A stretch of 64,000 nt of DNA. Source: Octopus bimaculoides (Eukaryota). Position numbers and translations under genes: made by a program. This document shows positions 1 to 13,205 of the stretch, piece after piece. The first letter of the stretch is position 1. Each line of letters begins with the position of its first letter. The stretch is taken from NCBI RefSeq assembly GCF_001194135.2, contig NC_068983.1, positions 37,447,098 to 37,511,097 on the forward strand. Reading direction: 5' to 3'. The notes beneath the pieces were generated by a model. That model saw only the letters and a program-made list of their open reading frames with translations. It had not been told where the DNA came from and ran no database searches.

Positions 1-1536
1 AGCCTAGTTGCATTCAGAGGGTCATGTTAAATCTTCCTGAGAACTACATTAAGGGCCTGTGTGTCTGTGGAGTACTCAACCAGTTGCATGTAAATTTCAT
101 GAGCAGGCTGTTCCATTCATCAGATCAACTGGAACTCTTGTCATCGTAACTGACAGAGTGCCAGTACCCCACCCCCACTACTTGACAACTGATGTTGGTT
201 TGCTTGCATCTTTGTAACTTAATAGCTTGGCAAAAGAGATCAATAGAATAAGTACCAGACTTTTAAAATATGTACTGAAGTGCCCCAGCATGGCCACAGT
301 CCAATGACAAATGAATAAAAGATAAATACAGATTTCATGATATTGTCCTCTGCTGTGGTGGTGCAGTGGTGTGTTAAATCCATCTTATTTTTCCCATTTT
401 AGACATGAAAGTATATGGCTTATTGGTTGTGGGTTCAATTCCTAGACTGGGCAGCATGTTGTGTCTTTGAGTTAGCATGATATTTCACAATGCTCCAGTT
501 TATTTGGCTGAAAATAAAAGAAGGCCCTGCCAGTGCAACTTTGGTGTAGCCCTCTTTCTCCTTCAGCTATCACATCCCAAATGTCCCACTGGATCAAGAG
601 TGAGAGAACCAAGACAGTGTTGTAGGTTTGTTCACAACTTCACAAGCACCTAAAACAATTAGCAGGAGTACAGAGTAAGCTACTATGTCATAACTTGCTT
701 CTAAGTGATAACTAAGTACATCAAACCACCTTTAAACTGTATAAATGGATCCATCTACCTATTTAGCTAACAAGCTAGTTGGGTTACTCTTAACAAAATT
801 ATCCAAAGTAACATGAGATTCTAACCACCCCCCCAAAAAAAACCCAAACCCCAAATCACTTAAGTTAATTACTCAGCTATGTATGCAAGTGTTGACAGAG
901 CAGGTCACTTTTTATTACTCATCATCATCATCACCAGCAGCAGCAGCACCACCACCACTGCCACTCTCATGATATCCATTGCTGTCACCATTAACATTAT
1001 TGTTATGGCCGTCCTCGTTCTGATCAATGTTGTCCAGATGCAGGCTTAGCCATATATAAGGTTAAAAAATTTGCCTTATAGTCTTATAAGATCAGGGTTT
1101 CAATCCTACCATGTGGCACCTTATTAAAGTGTCTTCTACCTATAACCTCAGGTTGCTCCACTCTTTGTCAGTGAAACCTAATGCACAGACATTGTGTAAG
1201 AGCTCCATTCAGATGGACACTATCTGGTCTTGGGTAGTAGACTTAACTCATTGACCACATTCATGTCGAAACCCTGATCCTTGAGTGCCTTTCGCAGAGT
1301 CCACTCTGCTAGAAGTATTCAGACCAAATGCGTGGTACCATTCCTCCCTCTCTGCATCCCACCACCAATCTGTCTTTGAGGCTTTGCAGAAAAATGGTCT
1401 TGGGTATTATTGTTCTCTTTTCCACCATCTCTGAATAAGCAATGGAAAAGAAAACCCTCTCTGTCTTTTGCTATCTATCATCACATTCTTATCCCCATCA
1501 GCATCACAAACATTATCATCTCCTGCACCATCATGC

Positions 1537-1596
<60 letters not shown>
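1537..1596. repeat. (CAT)20 microsatellite
   Basis: Direct reading. Confidence 0.95.
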
Positions 1597-1598
<2 letters not shown>

Positions 1599-1677
1599 CT
1601 AGTATGCTCTCTAATTTATTACTATCTTTCTCAGTTGATCTATCAAAAACATTCTCTCTCTCTCTCTCTCTCCCTTT

Positions 1678-2378
1678 NNNNNNNNNNNNNNNNNNNNNNN
1701 NNNNNNNNNNNNNNNNNNNNNNNNNNNNNNNNNNNNNNNNNNNNNNNNNNNNNNNNNNNNNNNNNNNNNNNNNNNNNNNNNNNNNNNNNNNNNNNNNNNN
1801 NNNNNNNNNNNNNNNNNNNNNNNNNNNNNNNNNNNNNNNNNNNNNNNNNNNNNNNNNNNNNNNNNNNNNNNNNNNNNNNNNNNNNNNNNNNNNNNNNNNN
1901 NNNNNNNNNNNNNNNNNNNNNNNNNNNNNNNNNNNNNNNNNNNNNNNNNNNNNNNNNNNNNNNNNNNNNNNNNNNNNNNNNNNNNNNNNNNNNNNNNNNN
2001 NNNNNNNNNNNNNNNNNNNNNNNNNNNNNNNNNNNNNNNNNNNNNNNNNNNNNNNNNNNNNNNNNNNNNNNNNNNNNNNNNNNNNNNNNNNNNNNNNNNN
2101 NNNNNNNNNNNNNNNNNNNNNNNNNNNNNNNNNNNNNNNNNNNNNNNNNNNNNNNNNNNNNNNNNNNNNNNNNNNNNNNNNNNNNNNNNNNNNNNNNNNN
2201 NNNNNNNNNNNNNNNNNNNNNNNNNNNNNNNNNNNNNNNNNNNNNNNNNNNNNNNNNNNNNNNNNNNNNNNNNNNNNNNNNNNNNNNNNNNNNNNNNNNN
2301 NNNNNNNNNNNNNNNNNNNNNNNNNNNNNNNNNNNNNNNNNNNNNNNNNNNNNNNNNNNNNNNNNNNNNNNNNNNNNN
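1678..2378. other. Assembly gap (701 N)
   Basis: N run; the overlapping long ORFs are artefacts. Confidence 1.
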
Positions 2379-2628
2379 GACTGGCTTGTGCGGGTGGCAC
2401 ATAAAAGACACCATTTCGAGCGTGGCCGTTTTCGTGCGGGTGACACGTAAAAGCACCCACTACACTCTCTGAGTGGTTGGCGTTAGGAAGGGCATCCAGC
2501 TGTAGAAACTCTGCCAAATCAGACTGGAGCCTGGTGTTGCCATCCGGTTTCACCAGTCCTCAGTCAAATCGTCCAACCCATGCTAGCATGGAAAGCGGAC
2601 GTTAAACGATGATGATGATGATGATGAT
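2379..2628 (+). mobile_element. Young RTE 3' UTR copy (5' part in N gap)
   Basis: Near-identical to 51523-51773; (GAT)n tail. Confidence 0.85.
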
Positions 2629-3570
2629 ATATGTATATATCCAGCTGTTATTCATATGTTACCTTCAGTTGTTTTAATAATGACATTTCCCAATCAGTAT
2701 TTCCCAGTTCCAGACTTTTAGCTCTCAGCAAGATGGCTGCCTGTCTGCAAAACCGTAGTTACCAAGCATCTCTGTAAGGGTGCTTAACTAATGAAGGTGA
2801 TGATGAGGAGTAAGATTTCAGTGGTGATGATGGTAATACTAGTGATGATGATGATGATGATGATGATCTAATAGTCCTTCTTATACCACATGGTATGTGG
2901 TATAAAAAGTTGTCTGCTAATGGTGATGCAGTTGCTGTTGTCCTTTTAACCCAAAGTCTATCCTAATATGTAGGTGAAGTAACAGAAGCAAAACAAAGCT
3001 GAGATGTGTGTCCCACAGAATTCAGTTTCATCCCTCTACTTTCTTAGTTCAAGCTCCACCAGGGTTAACTTTGCTTTTCACTGCTCCGAAGTGTCTAACT
3101 TTAAAGTACCAGTTTGGACTGGGGTAGTTTCAATCAGCTAGATTCCTCCTCTATAATTTCTGATCATTTACTAAAGATAGAAACAATTATTCTGGAAAGT
3201 TGAAATTTTAGAGCAGCAAACAAAGGGACTTGAAGTATTTAGTTATGGACCTTTACAATCTATGTTCAAATCTCACTCTGGTCAGCTTTGGCTTTCATAC
3301 TCCTGGTTTCAATAAAATAAAGTACCCATCAAGTACTTGGGTTGATTAAATCGATAGAGGTCTCCCTATAAAATGCAATGGTATAAGTTGTTATTAGGCT
3401 AGTGTATGCTAATTTAGATAGCAGGTATATTATCCTGATGTTTAGTGACCACAAATCTCCTCAAATCTCAAGAATGTTCCTTGAGGATTCTTGGAGAATA
3501 TAGGATGGTAATTTTCTGCAGGTCGACAGGTCTACTTTTGTAGATTATTGTTATTATTATTATTATCAAT

Positions 3571-4060
3571 AAGGTTGCAAGCTTGCAGACTCGTTAGCAC
3601 GCCAAGCAAAATGCTTAATAGTATTTTGTCTGCTGCTACATTCTGAGGTCAAATTCCACCAAGGTTGACGTTGTCATCCTTTCGAGGTCAGTAAATTAAG
3701 TACCAGTGAAACACTGGGGTCACTGTAATCGACTAGTCCCCTCTCACCAAATTTCAGGCCTTGTGCCTTTAGTAGAAAGGCTTATTATTATTATCATTGT
3801 TGTTGTTGTTGTATAAGGTTGAAAGCTGGTACAATTATTAGTGAGTTGGGACAAATTACTTCGTGGCATTTCTTCTAGCTCTTTATGTTCTGGTTTCAAG
3901 TTCCACTGAGGTCAACTTTGCCTTTCATCCTTTCAGGGGTTGATAAAATATTTGTCCACTTGGACACTGGAGTGGGGGGAGGAGGGGGGTCAATGTAATT
4001 GACTTATCTCTCTCCTTAAAGTTGCTGGCCTTGTGCCAGAATTTGAAGCCATCATCATCA
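3571..4060 (+). mobile_element. Two tandem copies of an abundant SINE family (core TTTGCCTTTCATCCTTTCGGGGTCGATAAAATAAGTACCAG, (ATT)n tail)
   Basis: The same motif recurs approximately at 11985-12480, 23640-23850, 38370-38690, 49085-49270, 50110-50335, 53885-54075. Confidence 0.8.
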
Positions 4061-4063
4061 CCA

Positions 4064-4106
<43 letters not shown>

Positions 4107-4620
4107 CATCATCATCATCATGGGAACTGTAAAAGAGGGCAGTTGTAGAACTTTGGCAAACGGAGCTTCAGATCTAATTTCAGTTCCTGAATTCAGTCAG
4201 TTCACATATGCCACTAATTATGATATTAATATAAGAGATTAATTAATTAGAATGTGTGTGTAAGAGAGAGAGAGAGAGAGAGGTGGGGGTAGTAAATATC
4301 GTAATTAAAAAAGAGACGAAAGAGATTATAGTAACAGGGCCAGAGATAAAGGTGGTGGGCGTAGTGAAAGGACAACTACAGAGTGAATGGAAGAAATGTA
4401 GATTGAGGTAATTGCAATTAAGAGTAGTACCATGCCATTCCATTATGAAGAGTCATTAAAATAAGATGACAGCTGGTAGGTTTAAGAGGCTGATTCAGAA
4501 GAGTTAAGTGCTGTTGTGTCATGAGTGTTTAACAAGTTTTCATTCCACACTTTTTATGTATATAACATACATGCATCTAGTCATTTACTTATTGTTGTTA
4601 TACATATGTACATATGCCTT

Positions 4621-4735
4621 ATAAGAATAGTATTGACAGTGATTTCGACGTTTTGGCTGGTTAAGCCATCATTGAACAGTCCACTGATGACTTAGCTAGT
4701 TGAAACTCTGAAGTCATTATCAATACTGTTCTTGT
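4621..4735. repeat. Inverted pair of a repeat with hammerhead-like remnants (52-bp arms, 7-nt loop)
   Basis: 4623-4674 pairs with 4682-4733 without gaps; a homolog of one arm lies at 55889-55945. Confidence 0.7.
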
Positions 4736-4774
4736 CAAAGAATAAGAAATGTGTACTCTACCTTAGTGATAAGC

Positions 4775-5298
4775 ACTAAGGGCACACAGGGCTTAGACTC
4801 TCTCAAATGCCTTGGAGGCTCTCTTGAGGTTGTAGATAGTTTCTGTTATCTAGGTGACCAAATTAGCAATGATGGAGGATGCTCTGAAAGTATTGTTTCC
4901 AGAATAAGATTAGGATGGAGGAAGTTCAGAGAGTTATTACCTCTTGGCAGCAAAAAGACTCTTTCTTTAAGTGAAAGGTAGATTATATGATGTTTGTGTG
5001 TGAATGGCTATACTCCATGGTAGTGAGACATGGTCTCTGAATGAAAAAGACATGCATAAACTAGAGAGAAATGAAGGCAGTATTCTTCGTAGGATGTGCA
5101 ACATCAATGTGCATGGATAACAAAGTGCAAATGTGTTCAGAGAAAAGTTGGGCATAAGAGGAAGCAAATGTAGCATGCAAGAGAGAAGACTATATTGGTT
5201 TGGATATGTGATGTGTATAAATGAAGACAGCTGTTAAAAGAAGTACTAGTCTATGAAAGTGAATGGTGCCCGTGGAAGAGGGAGACCCAGGAAGACAG
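4775..5298 (+). mobile_element. RTE-clade LINE, decayed C-terminal ORF fragment
   Basis: Translates with stops and frameshifts as LEVVDSFCYLGD...SRIRLGWRKFRELLPL...HGSETW...RMC...RLYWFGYV...GRGRPRKT, typical of the post-RT region of RTE LINEs. Confidence 0.85.
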
Positions 5299-7540
5299 TT
5301 AATTCACTAAAGCGCATGCATTAACTGATAGATCAAATTTAAAGAACAAAGTATTAAAATTCGCTGTTCCTTCAGTAAACACATTTTCTCCTGCTCTGTC
5401 CCTGTCTCTCATTCTCTCTGTGTGTCTCTTTGTCTCCTTCTCTTCCCTAATATCACCCACCCTCATTATGCCACCACATTTCCCTCAATGTAATATTCTT
5501 TGCACCCTTCTCATTTTATCATTTAATAGCCCAACCCCTGTAGGGGGCCCATAATCGATTTTTATTGAAATCCAATTAGCCTATAATTGAACTGGATGTT
5601 ATTTTAACATGTATGCAAAGTTTTGTGAAGATTGATTTGCTGGTATAGGCAGCAAGATGGTAACAGACAGAAAGATAGAAATCGCCATTTATATATAAGA
5701 TATATATATATACACATGCACATACATCATCTTCATCCTCATCATCGTTGTTTTATTATCCACTTGTCCATGCTTGCATGTGTCAGACAGAATTTATTGA
5801 AGCAGATTTTGTCACATGCTTGTATATTTGAAAGCATATAGCCTAGTGGTTAAAGTTATCAGATTTATGATTATAAAGTTCTGAGGTTCAATACCCAGGT
5901 TGAGTGTCCATGAGCAATGCATGTTGCTTCAGTATGTTCAATTGAAAACGAGTACCAGCCTAGTATTGGTGTAGCTCTCTTTCTCTCTAACACCAGCTGT
6001 CACATTCCTTGATGCTTTGCTGGATCAAGGGTGAGAGAGACAATGCTCACAGCAAAAGTGTGGTTCAAGCTACAAGGTCATGTTCACATACAAGTAAGGG
6101 CTAAGTTTATATGCATGTGTGTGACTTTAAACTGCATCCAGTTGTGGGTCTCTGGTCTGGGAATTCTGTGGAATGTGGAATCACCTCTTAGCTACTATTG
6201 TTCTCAGGTCCATTCTAACCTGGAGTAATAGCACCTGTTAGGGTCCTAGATGTGGGTTAACAAGCATGTGAACCACTGGGAGTGATCAAGAACAACAACT
6301 AGTTCTCATTAGAACTTCTTTCTTAAAGAGGGTAAATTTATATTTAAAAAAAAACCTAAAATGCAGTTGCTTTCTGGTCATCTCGACTTTTGTTGTGCCA
6401 ATGGTTTTGTAGTTGAAAAGTGGTTTCAGTACTGTGCAACACTTTATCCACTCCATACAAATTCACACACAGGAACTTCTTGGGCTCTCAGAACATTTTG
6501 CATTGTCTTAATGAGTTTAGGAAGTGGTCTCAGTCTCAAGTTGACTTCCAACATGGGTGTATGAATGCATATACTCTTCCTATTTTTATTACATAATTCT
6601 GGATGATAATTAAACTGAGAAAATTTAACAAATCTTTAAACATCTATGGTATTTTATTTCAATATATTGAAGCAGTACATTTGAGAGTTTAAATGAATGT
6701 TCAGTACGTGAAGGGACACTGATTAAAGAGAGAGGGTGGGGATTCCCTATTACTCTATCAAACAAAAACAAACAATAATTTATCTGTTGTAACTGAAACA
6801 TTTTTTCGATTTTTCAAAGAAAAGAAAATAAGCAAGGTTGTCCAGAAATTTAATGGGTTTTTTTTTTTTGCATCATTAGCAGCTGTTGTTATTTAGCCCC
6901 AGGTCTTCCCTGATTGAGTAGACTTATGATCAAAGGCAAAATGTCTTTTCTGATAGAATTTATCTCAGACTATATATATATCCAACATGTATTTCTTTTT
7001 TTTTTTTAATGATAGTGTATTTTGAGAGAAATTTAGCAGGTTGAGCAGGACATAGATTCCCCTGTTAGTAATTTATTAGTTGATATCTGTACATGTTGTT
7101 AGTGTCAAAATACTGTGTACTGCTGATAAGGCAAGGTACATATAACTGAAAATTCTTGAGAAGAAGTGCTTCTAAGTTTGTTGCCACTGTTTCCTTGGAA
7201 TACATTGCAGTTGAGAATCTGTAAATGGTATCTGTGATAGACAAGCATCATATCTAGGAGAAAATTTATGTCTCATCTATCAGAAGCTTCAAAACTAACA
7301 CATACACCATATTTATTTTTTATCTTTTACTCGTTTCAGTCATTGGACTGCAGCCATGCAGGGGTACCACCTTAAAGAGTTTAGTTGAACAAATTGACCT
7401 CAGTATTAATTTTTCAAGCTTGGAACTTACTCCATTGGTCTATTTTGTTGATCCACTAGGTTACAGGGATGTAAACAAACCAACTAATTGTCAAGTGGTG
7501 GTGGAAGATAAACAGAAAGACACACATACATAGGGTATAC

Positions 7541-7578
<38 letters not shown>

Positions 7579-7628
7579 ATATATAGTATAATAATTAAGA
7601 GAAAGTTTTTGGTACAGTATTATATATA

Positions 7629-7750
7629 TTTGAAAGAATGAGTAGAGATGGCTTTTTTGAAGGGATAATTTTTATTTTCATCTTAATAATAATGTTTACA
7701 GTGAGTTACTCTGATATGAGTTTCAAGCCATCTCTACTCATTCTTTCAAA
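7629..7750. mobile_element. TA-flanked MITE with perfect 26-bp TIRs
   Basis: TA|TTTGAAAGAATGAGTAGAGATGGCTT ... AAGCCATCTCTACTCATTCTTTCAAA|TA with a 70-nt spacer. Confidence 0.75.
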
Positions 7751-7769
7751 TAAATAAATGTATATATAT

Positions 7770-8255
7770 CAGTGGCGACTCCGGCATTCGGGCTGTTCAG
7801 GCTTAGCCTGAGTATAAATTTAATAAAGTGAACATGTATTTGCAAGCTGATTTAATTTCTACCAGCACTGACTTCAAGTATATAATTTCAGCCAATAACT
7901 CGGGCTTCTTTTATTGAGCCTAATCGCAGTTCATTTAATTTCATTCAGCATCTGGTGGTTGTCTTAGAGGTGCCCTATGTAAAAAAATATCATTTGTATC
8001 AGACATTCTCTTAACATCATTCACATATACCTGACTCACGCTCAGAAGTTAAAGCCCAAGTTGTTATCTATAACTGGAAAAATTAGAAGTAATTCAAATT
8101 CAATGTTTTCTTGAAACAATCAATTTCTATAGAGATTAGGATTTAAATTCCAATCTATGAAAAGTTTCCGTTCTGCAATATTCTTAAAGGAACGAAAAAT
8201 TATCCGGCAACTCGGGCTAATACGAACGAGCTTGCTAGGTGTAAAAGACTCACTG
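7770..8255. mobile_element. Possible degenerate hAT-like non-autonomous DNA element
   Basis: Starts CAGTGGCGACTCC; recurring CTCGGGCT subterminal motifs; right end only CACTG; no TSD found. Confidence 0.3.
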
Positions 8256-8429
8256 GCATCTCTTGTCAAGAGTACAGGCGACAGTCAGATTGCTGATGTT
8301 TGTTGTGCACTCTGCTGTTGTTATTTGATTGCTGTTATTCTGTGTGTAGAGATCAGTTGTGTTTTGCAGGGTTGCTTTATTTTTACCCTTAACTTAGAAA
8401 TAGAGAAAGCCATAGTGCTAGATACATAC

Positions 8430-8571
8430 AATGGACAATGCATCCATAGAATAATCAATATATTTATTATAATAGTCAATTCATGTTGCCTACACGTGTT
8501 TTGGGGGGGGGGCAACATGAATTGACTATTATAATAAATATATGGATTATTCTATGGATGCATTCTCCATT
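8430..8571. repeat. Near-perfect inverted repeat (61-bp arms, 2 mismatches, 20-nt spacer)
   Basis: 8430-8490 versus 8511-8571. Confidence 0.9.
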
Positions 8572-8669
8572 AGCTTTGTATTATTAAAATTTTTTCTCTT
8601 ATATCGAAAAGATAACATCTACAGTGACAACTGGAATTCCAAAAAGTGTAAAGTACTAATATCAAAGAA

Positions 8670-8968
8670 GATTTTTAAAATGAGAATATCTGAAATAAAC
8701 TCGACTGCTCTCACAAATGAGAATACTAAAAATGCACCCGACCGCTCTCAAAAGTTAAGTAAAACAACTGGAAAAATAATCCAGAATCCTCGTCCAGTAC
8801 TGGATTGATTCCAAAATCTAATCAGTTCGCGCCAGTCATGAGGCCAAACATCCCTGAAAGTTTCATCCAAATCCACCCAGCGGTTTTTGAGATATCTTGT
8901 CCACAGACAAACAAACAAATAAACGTGACTGAAAACAATACCTCCACCTTCACCAAGGTAGAGGTAAT
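8670..8968. mobile_element. Helentron-associated non-autonomous element (HINE/DINE-1-like), truncated
   Basis: TTTCATCCAAATCC..CGGTTTTTGAGATATC, (ACAA)n tract, terminal stem-loop ACCTCCACCTTCACCAAGGTAGAGGT at 8940-8965; a fragment resembling the opposite end lies at 12489-12527 (ACAAGAGCACTCAGAGAGTGCAAACCTCTGCC). Family assignment is from recalled sequence style. Confidence 0.6.
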
Positions 8969-9678
8969 AATAATAATAATAATAATTTCTCTCAGGGCTG
9001 ATATGTGAACAGGAATAGTTTATTGTCAGATAAATTGACTACAAAATGTTTAGCGTTATTTTATTGACCATGTAGAATATAAATAAAAAATCATGGTATT
9101 TGAACTTGAAGAGCTGGAATAAATACTGCTAAGCATTTTGTCCACTGTGTTTAATGACTCTACCAACTCACAGTCTTTTGACTTGAACTTAGAATGGGAA
9201 AGATAAACCAAACTAATGGGAATGTTTAGTTTGGTATTCCCATCAAATAATATAATTAACTTGAATAATAATTTTTTTGTTCTTTAGTTGTATGCTAGGT
9301 CACTTTTAATGAAAGATTAATTAATCACGCCTGTCTTAGTAAAATACTGGGTCAAAGATGGAAGTCAAAGTTGTCTCTAGTACCATTTGAACTAGAAACC
9401 AAGGAGGAATGACAACAACAATTATGGATGTGTTTAGTAATGCAATTAGCCCAGCACTTCGCTCACTTAGCCATCCCAACCCCACTTCCCATGTATATAA
9501 TTTGAACATCACATGACAATGTTAAAGTATATGTGAAAAATCATATAGATTATAACCAAGTAACCTTCTCTACAAGTAAGTACTCCTTGACCCTCACAAA
9601 ACCTGAAACACACTTTTACATATATGTGAGTATGTAGGTATGTATGTTTCTTTGTATGTATGTGTTTGTGTAAATGTT

Positions 9679-9714
<36 letters not shown>

Positions 9715-10684
9715 NNNNNNNNNNNNNNNNNNNNNNNNNNNNNNNNNNNNNNNNNNNNNNNNNNNNNNNNNNNNNNNNNNNNNNNNNNNNNNNNNNNNNN
9801 NNNNNNNNNNNNNNATATATATATATATAATGTATGTGTTTGTATCCAACTGACTTACCTTTGAGATTTAACCTTTATTTGTAAAGACACAAAAGTAAAA
9901 GTTGTTTGACTTCATGTGGCCTATACATTTTCTTTTCTTTTCATTCTACATTCAGCCAGGTTTGCTTTAAAGAATTACCAACAGTGCTCAATATAACAAG
10001 GAAGCTTGAACAGCATTTTGGTGTTTTATTGAACACCTAATGTAACACCGAACATGTTTCCTTAATTTACTGCAAGTCTTATGTGGTCTTAAATAAGTTT
10101 CTTCACTTTTCCTGGCTAGTAACAAAGATACTCTTTCAGAATCATATGGCAGGCATTAGATGTGTCTGTCTATTATAAGCAATTTGCCAAATATTTCAAG
10201 CGTATAAATGTGTGTGTGTGCTTGTCTTTTTTTTTTACTTGTTTCAGTCATTAGACTGTGGCCATACTGGGGCACTGACTTGAAAAATTTTAAGTTGAAT
10301 GAATTGACCCTAATACAATGGAATAAGTGCCAGGGTTAAAAAAGCTTGGTACTTATTCCATTGGGTCTTTTGCCAATCTGCTAAGTTACAGGGACATAAA
10401 CACACAACACCAGTTGTAAAGCAGTAATGGGGGACAAACACAGATGCAAAGCCATATACACACACACACATTTATATGCAACAGGCTTCTTTCAGTTTCC
10501 ATTCATAAGGCTTTGGTGAGTGCAAGGCTATAGAGGAAGACACTTGCCCAAGGTGCAATGCAATGAGATTGAACCCAGAATCGTGTGGTTGGGAAGCAAA
10601 CTTCTTACCTCATAGCTATGCCTGCACATGTATGTATATATGATAGCAATTACATCATAGAAGAACCATTTTATCTTTACTAAA

Positions 10685-10685
<1 letters not shown>

Positions 10686-10769
<84 letters not shown>
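10686..10769. repeat. (CA)42 microsatellite
   Basis: Direct reading. Confidence 0.95.
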
Positions 10770-10772
<3 letters not shown>

Positions 10773-13029
10773 CTAATAAATTCACTTTTCATTTTTCTTT
10801 TGAGATGTCAAAATTTTCGTCACATTCCTGTGGCTGTAAATCCACCGTAACTTTCTTGAAGTCAGCTCATACCAGGGAATTCTTTCTTTAGCTCACTATT
10901 TTTTGTCTTTTACTTGTTTCAGCCAATGGACTGCAAACATAAGTCTGGTACTTATTTTATCAATCCTTTTTTGCTGAACCACTAATTTATGTGGATGTAT
11001 ACAAACCAACACTGGTTAGTTAGTGGTGGTGGAGGATAAGCACAAAAAGACGCACCCACACACAGACATATATACATGTGTGCGCGGACAAATGAAAGAA
11101 AAAGACACTCAACACATTTAGTAGAAGTTAATATATCATTATTTAATAAGTACCAGTTGAGTACTGGGGTCGATGTAGCCAACTTACCCTTGCCCACAAA
11201 ATTCAGACATTGTGCCTTTAGGAGAAAGGATTGTTTAAAAATTTTGCAGGTTTCTAACTGAAATGTATCTTGTAGAAGCTAGGTGTCTTTGGTTTCCATC
11301 TACCAAATCCACTTGGAAGGCTTTGGTCAGCCTGGGGCTATAGTAGAAGACAATTGTCCAAAGTGCCATGCAGTGGGACCATGTGGTTGGGAAGTGAACC
11401 TTTGCCACCACACCTGCAACAACAGTGGTGTCATTGCTATGTGTGCTATTTATACTATTTGTATTGTTCCTCTTTCTTCTTATTTTCAATGCATTTTTTT
11501 CTCATTGTGCAACTGTGTTTATGCTTGCAGGTCTTTCTGCTTAATTAACCTTCATAGTGGCTCAGTTTTATTTTATTTAAAAATCTCTTTTAGCCTGCTT
11601 TCCTGTTTGAAATTATTGTTGGATGTGTTTGTTGATGTTATTGAGGTTACAGCTACTATTACTGTGACAAACAGCTCTTCCTGTTAATTCTGAGGCCATT
11701 TTCAAACAGAAATAACAATACAAATGGCTACTGTTGAAAGTATATTTATAATGAAAATCTTCAATTCAACACCCCTCCACCTTTTTTTTTTCTTTTTGTC
11801 AAGTCCAAAATTGGGAGATGGGAAGATGTTCAACTATTCCTAATCCTTTTCTCCGCCCCCCCAAAAAAAACCCCACCTTCTCCCAAACCTTAGCCTTTAT
11901 GTCAATCCTGTAACAAACCACATTTTGAAAGAACTCTGTAAACACATGTATTCCAAAGAAAATAATAACAACAACAACAATAATGGTTTCAAATTTTGGC
12001 ATAAGGCTAGCAATTTTTTAGAGGGAGGAGATTTGTGGATTATATTGACCCCACCCCCCACCCAGTGTTTGACTGGTACTTTATTTTATGAACCTTGAAA
12101 GGTTGAAAAGACAAAGTTGACCTCTGTATAATTTGAACTCAATATATGAGTAAGAAAAAATACAGCAAAGTATTCTTTGACAACATTCAATGATTCTGCC
12201 TACTACCTGTCTTAGCAGCAGCAGCAGTAGTAGTAGTAGTAGTAGTAGTAGTAACAACAACAACAATAATAGTAATGGTTTCAAATTTTAGCACAAGACC
12301 AGCAAATTTGGCAGAGTGGTAAGTTGATTACATCAACTCCAGTGCTCAACTGATATTTATTTTATCAACCCCAAAAGTCGACTTCTGTGGAATTTGAACT
12401 CAAAATATAAAGATGGATGAAATGCCACTATTTCGTTTGACATGCTAACAATTCTGTCAGCTCTCGCCTTAGTAATAATAATAATGATAACAAGAGCACT
12501 CAGAGAGTGCAAACCTCTGCCCAGGCAGGGTGATTTGTTAGTAATGTTACCAGTGTGGTTTGAGTCTTCTTGCATAGTGTTTCTTTGTTAGTGCTGATGT
12601 ATGTGGTGGATATATGATATGAGTCTGAGTCTGTCCTTATTTGGAGTTACTACTCTCTCTCTAGGATGGGTCTAAAAACTAGATCTTATTTATACATTCC
12701 ATTTTTGACTTGATTTCTACCAGTAGATGCCTTTCCTGTTTGTTATTTACCACTTCACTGTGTGAATTTGGTGGATTTTATTCTAACACCTGCATTAGAG
12801 TAGATGGCATGTCTTCCGCAAGACTAAAAAGTGTTTCTACATTGTTTCTACTTGTTTGCCAGCCATTTTACTGAATAGACTGGGTGCATTTTGTCATCGT
12901 GCTTCCATTGGTGAAGTTGCCTTGTACATTGTAAGGTTAAAGATTTGCTCCAACTTCTGACTCAGACATGTTATTTCCTCTCTCTGTCTTTTGTACTGCT
13001 ACTGTAATAGCCTCTGCTCCTCAGAACTA

Positions 13030-13205
13030 GTTGGGTTCATATCACTTTCTCTCGAGTGTTCTTGACCCACTCCTCATTTCTCCTCTCATTATCCCTATTG
13101 TATCCAACCCCTTAGGCCCTGCACTAATCATTATGCCCAGTTCTTTCCCAGAGTGTCAACCCCTTGGAATTCCTTCCCTGCTTGTACTTTTCTGCAGGCA
13201 TTGGA
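13030..13205 (+). mobile_element. Possible CR1/Jockey-group LINE C-terminal remnant
   Basis: Decayed translation TNHYAQFFPRVSTL / WNSFPA resembles the FFPR...WNSLP end motif of such LINEs. Confidence 0.4.

Noticed and set aside
1410-2553. Long ORFs of 267-346 aa
   Set aside because: They span the 701-N gap and (CAT)n/(CT)n microsatellites and have no coding signal.
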